DNA of 64,000 bases, from NCBI RefSeq assembly GCF_009914755.1, contig NC_060947.1. One strand, 5' to 3'. Shown here piece by piece: positions 17,427 to 44,511 of the stretch. The first letter of the stretch is position 1; each line of letters begins with the position of its first letter. Made by a program: the position numbers and the translations under genes. This stretch comes from the human T2T-CHM13v2.0 reference genome, Homo sapiens. The notes under the pieces were generated by a model, which saw only the letters and a program-made list of their open reading frames with translations, was not told the origin of the DNA and did not search any database.

Positions 17427-20400
17427 GGAAGATGGGGGACATGAGACAAGGCTGAACTGCAGCTCCCATTTGGATTGACAGAACACTGTGTAGAGACTCA
17501 CACATGGATTTTTGCTCTAGGAACCATGGCAGGAATGTACCAGAAAAAGCAAAAGACATCATAGATTCTTTGAAAGAAGCACCAGTCTACAACAAATTCC
17601 ATAAGACAGGCAAAAATTATAAGTTCTCAAAGTGCGAGGGAGAAAAACCTGCCTCTGAACACATGTCCCCACTGGGGAACCTGAAAATCCAGATTACGGG
17701 AGAAGGATTTAACATTACGTAGTGCTGAAACAGATTTAGCATGAAATATAAAAAAAAAAAGAAGGAGCAGTGGGAAGAGCCTTGTAGGCACTCCCATTCT
17801 CCAGCTCAATCTCAGGGAAGCCACCCTTGACTATACCTCACAGAGGCCCTCAGGGAAAGCAACTGGCAAAATCTGGGGTGGGGGGGGTCACAGGGTGAAA
17901 GATGCTTCCAATTGAACTTTGTAACAATTTTGACTGGGCACAAACTCTGTTGAGGAGAAGCCAGAGGCAAATGGGAACTGCTGCAGAAAGGAGAGCAGGA
18001 GTCACAGCTAATGGTGTGGGCAGATGGAAAAGGGCATGGCCTGAAATCAGTGCTTGCTTTCTCAACAGGAAAACTTATGGCCTAAAATTGTGTCTGAGTC
18101 CCACTCACAGGGTGCCTGGAGATAAACTTGGTGCTGTTAGCAGGACACAGCAAGAGAGAGACTGGCCAGGTAAACTGGATGGGAGCTGAGTGAGGCCTGT
18201 GGCTACCAGGTTTTACTCACTTCCTTGGACACATAGGCAGCCACAATTCTCTCTGGAACATAACTTTATTGGTTCAAGAATCAACCACCATCCCCCACAG
18301 TGGCTGTGGTAAGCTCCACCCAAGGAGAGTCTGAGCTTAGACCCACCTAACACTGCCCCCACCTGATGGTATTTCTCTACCCACTTCAGAAGCCCATCAC
18401 AAAAGACATAAACACTTGGGTGCTTTATGACCCCACTCATTGCCTGAGAAACCCAAATACTTATCCTGACCAATGTAGGGCAAGCTTATGTCCATCTTCT
18501 ACTATCACAGCTGCTGCTCTTTTGAAAGTGTTACCTCTGGCTGGAGGCCAAACAGCTCAAGACATTACAGCAACTCATGACAAAATAACCTTGCTCCCAA
18601 GAAGAAGAAAACAACAGCTAATTTTACTGCTTCCAACATCCTGGCTAACCAGTGGTCCTGAGTCTGTCCACATGACAATTCACTGCTAGCATAACCAGCA
18701 TTTGAGAAAGCCAGCACACTAAACTTATCTGCAACCAGACTCTCACAGAGTCTAATTCACTCCTCTGCCTCCTCCACCAGAGCAAGTGCTGGTATCCACA
18801 CCGGGGAGGCCTGAAGATGGATCAAATCACAGGACTCTTTGCAGACATTCCCCAGCACCAACCCAGAGGCTGTTAGTCCTGCTGGGTGGCTAGACCCAGA
18901 AGAACAACAACAATCACTGCAGTCTAGCTCTCAGAAAGCCTCATCCATAGGGGAAGGAGGAGTGTACCACATCAAAGGATCACCCTGTGAAACAAAAATA
19001 TCTAAACAACAGCACTTGAGTTCCAGATTTCTCCACCAAAATAGTCTACCCAAATGAGCAGGAATCAGAAAAATAATTCTGGCAATATGACAGAATAAGG
19101 TTCTATAACACCCCCAAAAAACCACAATAGCTCTGCAGCAATAGACTCAAACCAAGAAGAAATCTGAACTGCCAGATAAAGAATTCAGAAGGTTGATTAT
19201 TAAACTACTAAAGGAGATACCAGAGAGAGGTGAAGATCAACTTAAAGAAATTTGGAAAAAAAATCAGAATATGGATTTAAAAAATGCTCCAGAGAAATAA
19301 ACATCATAAAGAAAAAATAATCACAACTTCTGGAAATGAAAGACACACTTAGAGAAATGCAAAATGCACTGAAACATTTCAACACTAGAGTCAAGCAAGT
19401 AGAAGAAAAAACGTCAGAGCTCAAAAACAAGTCTTTCAAATTAACCTGACCAGGCAAAGTCAAGAAAGAATAAAAAAAAATTGAACAAAGCCTTGAAGAA
19501 ATTTGGAATTATGTTAGTCAGAGAAACTTAAGAATAATTGTTGTTCCTGAGGAATAAGAGTAATCTAAAAGTTTGGAAACATATTTGAGGCAAAAATTGA
19601 GAAAAATGTGTCAGGCCTCACTAAAGATCTAGACATCCAAATACAAGAAGCTCAAAGAACACCTGGGAAATTCTTCAAAAAAAGGTCATCACCAAAGGAC
19701 ACAGTTATTGGGTTATCTAAAGTCAAGACAAAGGAATAAATCTTAAGAGATGTTAGGCAAAAAAAATCAGGTACCCTATAAAGGAAAACCTATCATATTA
19801 ACAGCAGATTTCTCAGCAGAAACCTTAAAACCCAAAAGGGATTAGGGTTCTATCTTTAGCCTCCTCAAACAAAATAATTGCCAACCAAGAATTTTGTATC
19901 CAGCAAAACAAAGCTCCATAAATGAAGGAGAGATAAAGTCTTTTTCAAACAAATGCTGAGAGAATTCACCACTACCATGACAGCACTTAAAAAGAAGCTA
20001 AAATGAGTTCTAAATCTTGAAACAAAACCTCAAGCCATACCGAAATAGAACCTCCTTAAAGTATAAATATTATGGGGCCTTTATAATAATAACAAAATAA
20101 AAAAAAAACACAAGATACTCAAGCAAGTGTCATGATGAATAAAACAGTACCTCACATCTCAATAATAACATTGAATGTAAATGGCCTAAATGCTCCTCTT
20201 AAGAGATACAAAATTGTAGAATGAATAAAAATCCACCAAACAAGTATCTTGCTGTCTTCAAGAGACTCACCTAATAAATAAGGGCTTGCATAAACTTAAG
20301 GTAAAAGGGTGGAAAAAGACATTCCATGCAAATGGAAACCAAAAGTAAGCAGGAGTAGCTATTCTTAGACAAAACAGACTTTAAGCAACAACAGTTTAAA

Positions 20401-20517
20401 AAGACAAAGAGAGTCATTATATAATAATAAAAGGATAAGTCCAGCATGAAAATGCCACAATTCTAAATATATATACACTGAACATGGGAGATCTCAAATT
20501 TATAAAACAATTATTAT
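17427..20517 (+). mobile_element. L1PB (L1PBa-type) 5'UTR, ORF1 and start of ORF2
   Basis: Starts ggaagatgg...gcagctccc...gagactcacac; ORF1 remnant from ~19053 (atgagcaggaatcagaaaaataattc); EN start at ~20130; interrupts the host at catTatgaccaag. Confidence 0.8.
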
Positions 20518-26954
<6,437 letters not shown>

Positions 26955-27287
26955 CCCCCAAAATTTAAAAAAAATCCTTGTTCATAAATTTGAAGAATCA
27001 ATAATGTTAAAATGTCCATATGACTCAAAGCAATCTACAAAATCAATGCATTTTCTATCAAAATGCCAATGACATTTTTCACAAAACAGAAAAAAATTAC
27101 TAAAATTTACATAGAATTAAAAGAAAAAAACATAGAGTAGCAAAAGCTACCCTGAGCAGAAATAACAAAACTGGAGAAATCACGTTACCTGACTTCAAAT
27201 TATACTACAGAGCCATAGTATATAAAACAGCATAGTCCTGGCATAAAAATAGAGACATGAAGGAATGGAATAGAATACAGAACCCAG

Positions 27288-27557
<270 letters not shown>

Positions 27558-29060
27558 AATACAAACCCAGAAAAAAAATCCACACACCTATAGTAACTCC
27601 TTTTTGACAAAGATGCTAGGAGCATATGCTTGAAAAAAAAGAGTCTCCTCAAAAAAAAATGATGCTGGGAAAACTGGATATCAATATGTAGAAGAATGAA
27701 ACTAGACCCCTCTGTCTCACCATATAAAAAATAAAATAAAAATGCAATAAATACTTGAATCTAAGACCTCTAACTATGAAACTACTACATGAAAATATTG
27801 GAGAAAATCTTCAGGGCATTTTTCTGGGCAAAAATTTCTTGAGCAATAAACCACAAGCACCGGCAACCAAAGCAATAAAATGGACAAGTGGGATTACATT
27901 AAGTTAAAAAGCTCTTGCACAATAAAAGTAACAATTGACAAAGTAAAGAGACAGCCCATGTAATGGGAGAAAATATTTCCAAACTACCCATCTGACAAGC
28001 GATTAATAACTAGAATATATTAGGAGCTCAAACAACTGTATATGAAAAACCTCTCATAATCTGGTCAAAAGATGGGCACAAGATTTGAATAGATGTTTCT
28101 CAAGAGAAGACATACTACTGGCAAACAGGCATATGAAAGATGCTCAACATCATTGATTATCAGAGAAATGTAAATCAAAACTACAATGAGATATCATCTC
28201 ACACCAGTTAAAATGGTGTATATCCAAATACAACCAGTAACAAATGCTTGCGAGGATGTCAAATAAAGGGACCCTTCATGCATTGTTAGTGGGCAAGTAA
28301 ATTTGTATAAATTAGTGCAACCACTATGGAGAACAGTTTAAAGGTTTTTCAAAAAAGTTAAAAATTGTACTACCGTATGATCCAGCAATCCCACTGCTAG
28401 GGGTATATCCCAAAGAAAGGAAATCAATGTCTCAAAGAGATATCTGAACTCCTATATTAGTTGCAGTATGGTTCACAATAGCTAAAATTTAGCAGCAATC
28501 TAAGTGTCCATCAACAGCAATACCCCCAACAAATGAATGGATAAAGAAAATGTGGTACTTCTACACAATGGAGTATTGTTCAACCATAAAAAAAAGAGAT
28601 CCTGTCATTTTCAACAACATGGATAGAACTAGTGATCATTATGTTAAATGAAATAAGCCAGGCATAGAAAAACAAACATTGCATGTTTTCATTTATTTGT
28701 GGAATCTAAAAGCTCATGGAGATAGACAGTGGAATGATGGTTAATAGAGTCTGGAAAGTGTAGTAGGATTTGGGGGGATGTGCAATGGCTATTGGGTACA
28801 AAATACAGAAATAACAAAAACTACTATTTTATAGCACTACAGAGTGACTATAGTCAATAATTTCATTGTACATTTAAAAATAACTAAAAGTGTAATTGAG
28901 TTGTTTTAAATTTAAAATATACATGCTTAAGAAATGGATTCCCCATTCTCCATGATGTGATGATTATGCATTGAATGCTTGTATAAAAACATGTCATGTA
29001 CCCCATAAATATATTCACCTACTATGTACCCAGAAAAATTAAAAATTTTTAAAATTAAAA

Positions 29061-29122
29061 AAACTGCAGATATTTCTAAATATTCCCTAGAGAGCAAAAC
29101 CACCCTCAGTTGAGAACCTCTG
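29061..29122. mobile_element. MER20 terminal fragment
   Basis: cagatatttctaaatattccctag...gcaaaaccaccctcagttgagaacctctg resembles the MER20 end. Confidence 0.7.
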
Positions 29123-29143
29123 TTGTACGGCCATACTGATTTA

Positions 29144-30471
<1,328 letters not shown>

Positions 30472-30759
30472 AAAACATTGAAACAATTTTTACTAGTTGG
30501 CAATTAGCCACCTCATGCCTCTCAAGTTTATTCTTCATTGCCGTGGTTTTCCCAGTACCACTCCCAGTTTTCCCCAGTAACAAGTATTGCCTGGCACAGC
30601 AGCAAACCTTAAAAACCTTGATCCAGAAACATGGGGCAGTGTCCTTTGTCATTTATCATTTTCCTTGCTATATATGTTGTCAATATTTTAATAACATTTT
30701 TAAGCAGCCTGAAGGGAAACCAGTTCTTTTAAATATCTTCCTTTACATCCATCTATGAA

Positions 30760-31060
30760 TCCTAGCTATCCAAGCTTACTCCACTCCAGAAAAAGTTTTC
30801 CTTCTAATGGTGCTAATATCTTTCAGATATTTATAGAGGAATATGTGGTCTACCCTCTGTGCCTCCTCATTGAGTAACACAGCTTCTTTAATCTTTCCCT
30901 GCCAATCATGTCTTCCCACTTTATCAATCATGTCTACAGCCGCTTTCTTACATGCCTCTCTGTGTCCTCATCATCTGGAGCCTCTGATGGTCCCACACTG
31001 ACTCAGACATCCTAGGTGCCATCTCATCAATGTCACATTGTTCCATGACACAGTGTCTCT
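30760..31060 (-). mobile_element. Possible L3/CR1 RT fragment
   Basis: ctttcagatattt...cttctttaatc...cacactgactcagacatcctagg loosely resembles antisense CR1 RT; very diverged. Confidence 0.4.
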
Positions 31061-31679
31061 CAGAACACTCCTGGAAATAACATTGACTTCTTTCATTTAC
31101 CTTATCATATTGCAAAACCATATCTAATATAAGAAAAGCTCATCCTCACACACACCTTGTTACCCAGTCCCATAGATAACCACATGTTCACATGTCTGAG
31201 GTCAAAAATAATATTTGATGGTGGACAGAGGTAATGTTTCCAGGAAATATTCCCAAATTGACCAGAGAAGAGCTGGCCACTTCTCTTCATCTTGCCCTGC
31301 CTGGAAGTAAACTGCAATTAGTTTTTCTTCTCAGTCATTGTACAGTGCCACCACAACACACATATACTACCACCCTTAAGATCTTCTAACTTTTTATGAT
31401 TTAAAGGCTTTCTTATTCATGAATTTTCTTCATGCTTGAATTCACCTAAGTATGTCCTACTTCAGGGTTTCAATTAGTTTTATTTAAACTATAAATGCAG
31501 AAATTTAGTATGTATAACAGTATTTGTAGAACAACAGTGAGAGCTCACTTTGCTCATGTATATGAGTCTTTATGGGTAAGGAGAAAGAAAAAATGGGTTT
31601 CACTGAATATTCTACCTCATGAATATTGTCAGAAAAATGTTTGGAAGTGAGCGGTTTTGACAGTCAAAAAGTTCAGGTG

Positions 31680-32090
31680 GCCTGGTATTTATTGGTGCTT
31701 GTTTATAATATTGGAGAAAAGGATGCAATAAAACACAGGACATGAGGACTTCATGGCTATTCCCCCAAATAAGGACATTAATAGTATGATGCAGCCATAA
31801 AAATAATGGTTGTAAAAGAGTATATAATAACAGAAAAATATCTGTAAGATAAGGTAAAGTGAGAAAACACGATAGTAAGATACATGGAAAAGCTTATTTG
31901 CATTTTAAGTAATGTACACATAGAAATGTGTTTCAAAACCCTGGATAACAATACAACAAAATCTCATCAACATTAATGTTACAATAGTGAAATCTGAGTG
32001 AATATACATCTTTTTCTCCATTTATCCAATTTCAAATAGTTCTTGTACTATTCTAGTGATAAATACATGCAGAATTTGTGAATAAAAAGA
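31680..32090 (+). mobile_element. L1ME-type 3' end fragment
   Basis: ttgtttataat...tatgatgcagccataaaaataatg...taaagtgagaaaac. Confidence 0.55.
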
Positions 32091-32119
32091 AAGACAAGGA
32101 GATAAGGACCCCTCCAAAA

Positions 32120-32530
32120 ACGTATTCAACAAATATTTATTGACCATCTACCATATGTCCAGCACTCTACTAGGCACCAGAACACAAGAAACAGGAAACA
32201 CAAGAATAACCTGTCAAGAGGAATAAAAAAGTGTCATCACTGAAAATGTTAAAGAATAAGTCAGACAAACATCTCCTTGGATGATCTGGGTTTATCCTGC
32301 TGGACTACATAATTTCTGATTTTACTCCCACATCTTTGGAACCTAAAACCATTGGCGAGATCTAACCTTAATAAGCTACCCCAGATAAACAGAAAATATT
32401 TTTGGTTATTAGAGATGATTGGAAACTAGAGATCATTTGACAAGAGGTCAAATTCCTTGCCCTCTCTTTTTATCTATTAAAATGAAAGTTGGAATAGGTG
32501 TTCTTTAAAGGCCACCCAGCTCTGATGTAC
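32120..32530. mobile_element. L2 tail (32120-32200, - strand) and MIR fragment (32420-32530, + strand)
   Basis: attcaacaaatatttattgacc...ccagcactctactaggcac; tatctattaaaatg...taaaggcc...cagctctga. Confidence 0.55.
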
Positions 32531-32689
32531 ATGTTTTCATGAGTTTCAAAGACCAAAGAATCCTGCGAGAAAAAAGTTCATGAGAAGAAACTATGAAAGG
32601 AACTGAAACACACAGAACATTTTCATATACTTTGTGAGGGAAGGTAACTCCATTGAGAAATTGGTCAGATGACCTTCAAGATATGAGAT

Positions 32690-35600
32690 TTATTTAAATT
32701 TTGTTATTTTTATTTTCTGTGGGTACATAGTGTATGTCATTATGGGGTACTTGAGCTGTTTTGGCACAGTCATACAACGCATTATAAACATATTGGAGTA
32801 AATGGGGTTATGCATCACCTCAAGCATTTATCCTTTCCAAGCATTACAAAGAATCCAATTATACTCTTACAAATACCTTAAAATTTTCAATAAATATCAT
32901 TGACTGTACTCACCCTGTTGCGGTATAAAAGACTAAAACTTATTTATTATAACTATATTTTTGTACACATTATTTATCTGCACTCCTTGCCACAGATACC
33001 CTTTCCAGACTCTGATAACCAACATTCTACTGTCTATCTCCATGAGCTCAATTGAATAAGTGAAGACATGCCAACTTCTCTGCCTGGCTTATTTCACTTA
33101 ACATAATTACCTTAATTCCATCTGTGTTGTTAAAAATGACTGAATTTCATTCTTTTTTATGGCTTAATAGTATTACATCATGTATATGGAGCACGTTTTC
33201 TTTATCCATTCATGTGTTGAAGGACACTTAGGTTGCTTCCAAATCATGGCTATTGTGAACAGTGCTGCAACAAACATGGGAATGCAGATAACCTCTTTGA
33301 TATACTGATTTCCTTTCTTTTGGAAAAATACTGAGCAATAAAACTGCTGGAACAAATGGTATATCTATTTCTAGATTTTGAGGATTCCCCCAAACTGTTC
33401 TTTATAGTTGTTGTACTAATTCACATTCCCACCAAACAGTGTATAAGGATTCCCTTTTCTCCACATCCTAGCCAGCATTCACTATTGCCTGTCTTTTGAA
33501 TAAAAGCCATTTCAACTGAAGTAAGATAATATCTCATTATAGTTTTAATTTTCATTTATCTGATGATCAATGATGTTGAGCATCTTTTTATATATCTGTT
33601 TGCTATTTGTGTGTATTCCTTTGAAAAATGTATATTCAAATATTTTGCCCATTTTTAACCAAATTATTAGATTTTTTTCTATGGAGTTGTGTGAGCTTCT
33701 TATATATTCTTGTTATTGATCTCTTGTCGTATGAATAGTTTGCAAATATTTTGTCCCATTTTTTGGTTTTTCCTTCACTTTGTTGATTATGTCCTTTTCC
33801 ATGCAGAATTTTTTTAACTGTTTGTGATCATTTGTCCATGAACATTTGTCCATTTTTTCTTTGGTTTCCTGTGCTTGTGGGATATTACTCAAGAAATCCT
33901 TGCTCAGTTTAATGTTCTGAAGAGTTTATCCGTATTCTTTTAGTAGTTTAATAGTGGGAGATCTTAGATTTAGTCTTTAACCCATTTTTATTTGATTTTT
34001 GTATGTGATGTGAGATAGGGAACTAGTTTTATTATTTTGCATATTCAAATCCGGTTTTCTCAGCACCACTTATTGAAAAGACAGTCTATTCCCAAATGTA
34101 TGTTTTTAGAACCTTTGTCAAAAATGAGTTCACTGTATATGCAAGGATTCGTTTTGGGGTTCTTTAATATATTTCAGTAGTGTATGTGTCTGTTTTTATG
34201 CCAGTACCATGTTATTTTGGTTATTGTAGCTCTGTAGTATAATTTGAAGTCAGGTAATGTGATTCCACCAGTTTTGTTCTTTTTGCTTGGGATAGCTTTC
34301 ACTATTCTGGGTCTTTTGTGGTATTGTATATATTTTGGGATTGTTTTTTCTATTTTGGTAAAAAATGTCATTGGTATTTTGATAGAGAATGCATTGAATC
34401 AGTAGATTGCTTTGAGTAGTATAGACATTTTAAATATAATGATTCTTCCAATCCATGAACATGAAATATCTTTCCATTTCTTGTGTCCTCTTCAATTTCT
34501 TGCATCAATATTTTATTTTTTTATTGTACAAATATTTCATATTTTAGCTTAAGTGAAACCCTAGGTATTTAATTTTATTTGTAGTGATTGTAAACAGGAT
34601 GACTTTCATGATTTCTTTTTCAGATCATACCCCATTGGTATACAGAAATGCTACTGATATTTGCATGTTGATTGTGTCCTGCAACTCTACCAAATTTGTT
34701 TGCCAGTTCTAATAGTATTTTGCTATAGTCCTTAGGTATTTCCAAGTATAAGATCATATCATCTGCAAATAAGGACAGTTTGACTACTTTCTTTCAAATT
34801 TGGATGCCTTTTATTTTGTTCTCTGTTCTGATTTCTCTAGCTAGGAATTCCAGTACGATGTTGAATAACAATGATGAGAGTGAGCATCCTTCTTATGTTA
34901 CTGACCTTAGAAAAAAATGCTTTCAGTTTTTTCCCATTCAGTATGATACTAGCCTTGGCTCTGTTGTATATGGCTTTTCCTGGGTTGAGGTATGTTCTTT
35001 CTTTTCCCAGTTTTTTTGAGGATTCTTATCATGAAGGGATATTACATTTTATCAAATGCTTTTCAGCATCAAATGAAAGGATCATATGGTTTTTGTCCTT
35101 CATTCTGTTCATATGATGTGCCACATTGTTTGATTTGCATATGTTCAACTGACCTTGCATACCAGGGATAAATCCAACTTGGTCATGATAAATGATATTT
35201 GTAATGTGTCATTGAATTCAATTTGCTAGTATTTTGTTGAGGATTTTTGCACCAATATTTATCAGGGATATTGATGTGTAGGGTTTTTTCTTTCTAATGT
35301 GTCTTTGGTGTTGTTATGAAAGTAATATTGGCCTTGAAGATAAATTTGGAAATATTCTCTTCTCCTCTATTTCTTGGAATAGTTTCATTAGGATTGGTAT
35401 TCTTCTTTAACAGTTTTATTAAATTCAGCAGTGAAGCCATTGGGTCGCAGGCTTTTCTTTGCTAGAAAACCTTTTATTAGAGCTTTGATCTCATTATTTA
35501 CTATTGGTCTGTTAAGGTTTTGGATTTCTTCATAGTTCAATCTTGCTAGGCTGTATGAGTCTAGTAATTTATCCATTCATTTTATCTTTTTCAATATATT

Positions 35601-36980
35601 GGCATATAGTTGCTCACAGTAGCCTCTAGTGATCCTTTGACTTTCTGTGGTATCAGTTCTGATGTCTCCTTTTGTATGTCTGATTTTATTTATTTGGATC
35701 TCTCTTTTTTTCTTAGTCTGGCTAAAGGTTTGTCAATTTTGCTCATCTTTTCAGAAAATCTACTTTTTATTTTATAGATTTTTGTATTGTTTTTATTTAA
35801 ATTTTATTCATTTTGCCATTTTTTATTACTTTTTTCAACTAATTTTGGGTTTGGTTTGCTCTTGCTTTTCTAGTTCTTTAACATGCATCATTAATTTTTT
35901 TATTTAAAGTTTTTCTACTTTATTGATGTAAGTTCTTATTACTATAAAAATTTCTGTTAGTACTACTTTCACTGTATCCCACTGGCTTTAGTATGTTGCA
36001 TTTTTATTTTTATTTATTCCAAAACATTGTTTAATTCCCTACTGAATTTCTTCATTGACCCACTGGTTATTCAAGAGTGTATTGTTTAATTTCCATGTGC
36101 TTGTATAAGTTCCCAAATTCTTCATTATTGATTTCTAGTTTTATCCCATTGTGGTCATAGAAGATATGTGTTATAATTTCAATTATTTATGTTTTTGGAA
36201 ACTTGCTTTGCAGCCTAATATATTACTTGTCTTTGAGAATGATCTGTGTGCTGAGGAGAAAAATGTATGCTCTGCAGACATTGGATGAAATATTCTGTAA
36301 ATATATATTAGGTCCACTTGGTCTATAGTGCAGATTAAATGCAATGTGTCCTTACTGATTTTTTTGTCTGGATGATCTGTCCAATACTGACGATGCTGTG
36401 TTGAAGTATTTAGCTTTTGCTGTATTGGGATCTATCTCTCTCTTTGACTCTAATAATATCTTATTTATATATCTGAGTGCTCTAGTGTTGGGTGCATATA
36501 TATTTCAAATTGTCATACTTATTTGCTGAATTGATTTCTCTATCATTATTTAATAACTTTTTAAATCTGTTTTTATAATTTTTGTTTTGAAATTTAATAT
36601 GTCTATAGCTACTTCCCCTCTCTTTTTGTTTTCATTTGCATCAGATATCTTTTCCTATCCTTTTATTTCCAGTCTATCTGTGTCTTTAGGTAAAGTGTGT
36701 TTCTTGTAGGCAGCAGATCATTAGATCTTTTTTTTTAAATTAATTCAACCATTCTATATCTGATTGGAGAGTTATATCCTCTTACATTCAATGTTATTAT
36801 TCATAAAAAAGAATTTTCTCCTGCCACTTTTTGGTTGTTGTTGTTTGTTTTCTTGCTGTTTTATGGACTTTTTTCCTTTCTTTCCATTCTTCTTGTCTTT
36901 CTTTTGATGAAGGTAATTTTCTCAGATGGTAAGTTTTGATTCCTTGCTTTTTACTATTTGTGTATTTGTTGTGTCTTTTG
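32690..36980 (-). mobile_element. L1MA3-like LINE-1 (3'UTR, ORF2, part of inter-ORF)
   Basis: ttctgtgggtacatag...aatggggt...cacctcaagcatttatc 3' end; degraded ORF2 frames on the - strand (33173, 34174, 35388). Confidence 0.82.
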
Positions 36981-39072
36981 TATTTTTTAATATTTTTGTT
37001 GGTATATAGTAGGTGTATATTCTTATAAAGTACATGAGGTTTTGAAACAGGCATGCAATATGAAATAAGCACATTATGAAGAATGGGTTATTCATCTCAT
37101 CAAGCATTTATCCTTTGAGTTACAAAATAACCAGTAACACTTTCAAGTAATTTTAGAGTGTACAATTCAGGTATTATTGACTCTAGTCACCTTGCTGTGC
37201 TATCAAATACTAGGTCTTCCTAATTCTTTCCATTTTTTATACCCATTAACCATCCTCACTGCCTCTCCACGAGCCCCACACTATCCTTCACAACCTCTCA
37301 TAACCATTCTTCAACTCTCTAGGTCCATGAGTTCAATTGTTTGATTTTTAGGTCCCCCAAATAAGATAGAATATATGATGTTTGTCTTTCTGTGACTGGC
37401 TTATTTCACATAATATAATAATGTCTAGTTCTATTCAGGTTGTTTCAAATGACTGGATTTCATTTATTTTTATGACTTAATAGTATTCCAATGTGTATGT
37501 GCAACACATATTCCTTACCCATTCATCTGTTGGTGCACACTTAGGCTGCTTCCAAATCTTAGCTATTGTAAAAAGTGCTGCAACAAACATAAAAGCACAG
37601 ATATATCTTTGATAAACTGATTCTCTTTCTTTTGGGTATATACCCTGCTGTGCGACTGATGGATAATATGGTAGCTCTATTTTTAGTTTCTTGAGGAACC
37701 TCAAAACTATTGTCTAGAGTGGCTAGAGTGGTACAAATTTACATTTGCACCAACAGTGTATAAGGGTTCCCTTTTCTCTGCACCCTTGCCAGCATTTATT
37801 TTTACCTGTCTTTTGGATGTAAGCCATTTAACTGTGGTGAGATGATATCGCCTTGTAGCTTCAATTTGCATTTCTCAGATAATCAATGATGTTGAGCACC
37901 TTTTCATGCACATTTGCCTTCTGTATGCCTTCTTTTGAGAAATGTCTATTCAAATCTCGTGCCTATCTTTTGATTGAATTATATTTTTTTTTTCTGTAGA
38001 GTTTTTTAAACTCCTTATACATTCTGGCCGTTAAATCCTTGTCAGATGGGTAGTCTAGAAATATTTTCTCCCATTCTATGGGTTGTCTCTTCACTTTTGA
38101 TTTTATCCTTTTCTGTGCTGACATTTTTAACTGAATGTGATTCCATTTGTCCATTTTTGCTTTGGTTGCCTGGGTTTGTAGGGTATTACTCGAGAAATTC
38201 TGGCCCAGTCCAATGTCTTGGAGAATTTCCCAAATATTTGCTTGTAGTAGTTTTATAGTTTGAAGTCTTATACTTAAGTGTTTAATCCATTTTGATTTTA
38301 GTTTTGTACATGGTGAGAGATAGTAATCTAGTTTCATTCTTCTGCATATGGATATATAGATTTTTGACATCATTTATTGAAGACACTTTATTTTCCCCAG
38401 TTTATGTTCTTGGCAACTTTGTCAAAAATGAGTGCACACTAGGTGTGTGGATTTATTTCTGGGTTTTCTATTCTGTTCCATTGGTCTATGTATCAGTTTA
38501 TATGCCACTGCCATGCTTTTTTTTTTGTTATTAAAATGCTGTAGTATAATTTTAAGTCAGGGAATGTGATTTTTCCTGTTGTGTTTTGTTTTATTTTCAT
38601 TTTTTTTCCTTAGTATAGCTTTAGCTATTCTGGGTTTTTTGGATTCATATATATTTTAAGATTATTTATTACTGTGATTAATGTCATTGGTACTTTGACC
38701 GGGATTGCATTGAATGCATAGATTGCTTTGGGTGGTTACGGACATTAAAACAATATTGATTTTTTGAATCCATCAACATAGAATGTTTTTGCATTATTTT
38801 GATATTGTTTTTAATTTATTTCGTCTGTCTTTTATACTTTTTATTGCAGAGATATTTTCCTTTTTTGGGTAAGTTAATTCCTTGGTATTTAATTTTATGC
38901 GTGGTTATTCTGGGATTACATTTTTAATTTCATTTTCACATTGTTCACTGTTAGCATACAGAAATGCTACTGATTTTTGTATGCTGATTTTATATGCCAC
39001 CATTACACTGAGTCTGTTCATCAGTTCTAATAATTTTCTTGTGAGACATACAAGTATTCCCAATATAAGATC

Positions 39073-43167
<4,095 letters not shown>

Positions 43168-44066
43168 AAGATTATATCATCTGCAAACAAGGATAACTTC
43201 ATTTCTTCTTTTCCAGTTTGTGCGTCCTTTATATCTTTCTCTTGTCTGATGGCTCTAGATAAGGGTTCAAGTACCTATGTTCAATAGCAATTTTGAAAGT
43301 GCACACTTATGTTGTGTGCCAGATCTTAGAGAAAAGGCTTTCAAGTTTGTTGTTGTTGTTTTGTATTCAGTATGATACTAGTAGTGGGTCTGTCATATAG
43401 GGCTTTTATTATGCTTTGGTATGTTTCTTCTATCCCCAGTTATTTTAGTGTTTTTCTCATTAAGGGATGTTGAATTTTATATTAATAAATGCTTTTTTAT
43501 TATCAATTAGAATGACTGTAAGATTTTTATTCTTCATTCCATTGAAAAGATGTATCACATTGATTGGTTTGTATATGTTGAACCTGCCTTGCATCGCAGG
43601 GATAAATCCCACTTCATCTTGATTAATATTCTTTCTAATGTATTGTTAAATTTCATTTGCTAGTATTTTGTTGAGAATTTTTGGATCAATATTCATCAGA
43701 GATATTGGCCTGTAGTTTCCTTTTATTGATATGTCTTTGTTTGGTTTGAGTATCAGGGTAATACTGGCCTTGTAGAATGAGTATGGAAATATTCCCTCTT
43801 CCTCGATTTTTCAAAATAATTTGAGTACAATTAGTATTAGTTCTTCTTTAAATGTTTGATAGAATTCAGCAATGAAGCCATCAGTTCCTGGGCTACTCTT
43901 TAGTAGAAAAATAAAAGGCTCCTGGGCTTTTCTATTTATGACAGCTTTGATCTCATTACTTGCTACTGCTCTGTTCAAGTTTAAATTTCTTCTTCGCTCA
44001 ATCTTAATAAACTGTATATGTCTAGAAATTAGTTTATTGTCAATTGCCCAATTTATTGGCATATAG

Positions 44067-44511
<445 letters not shown>
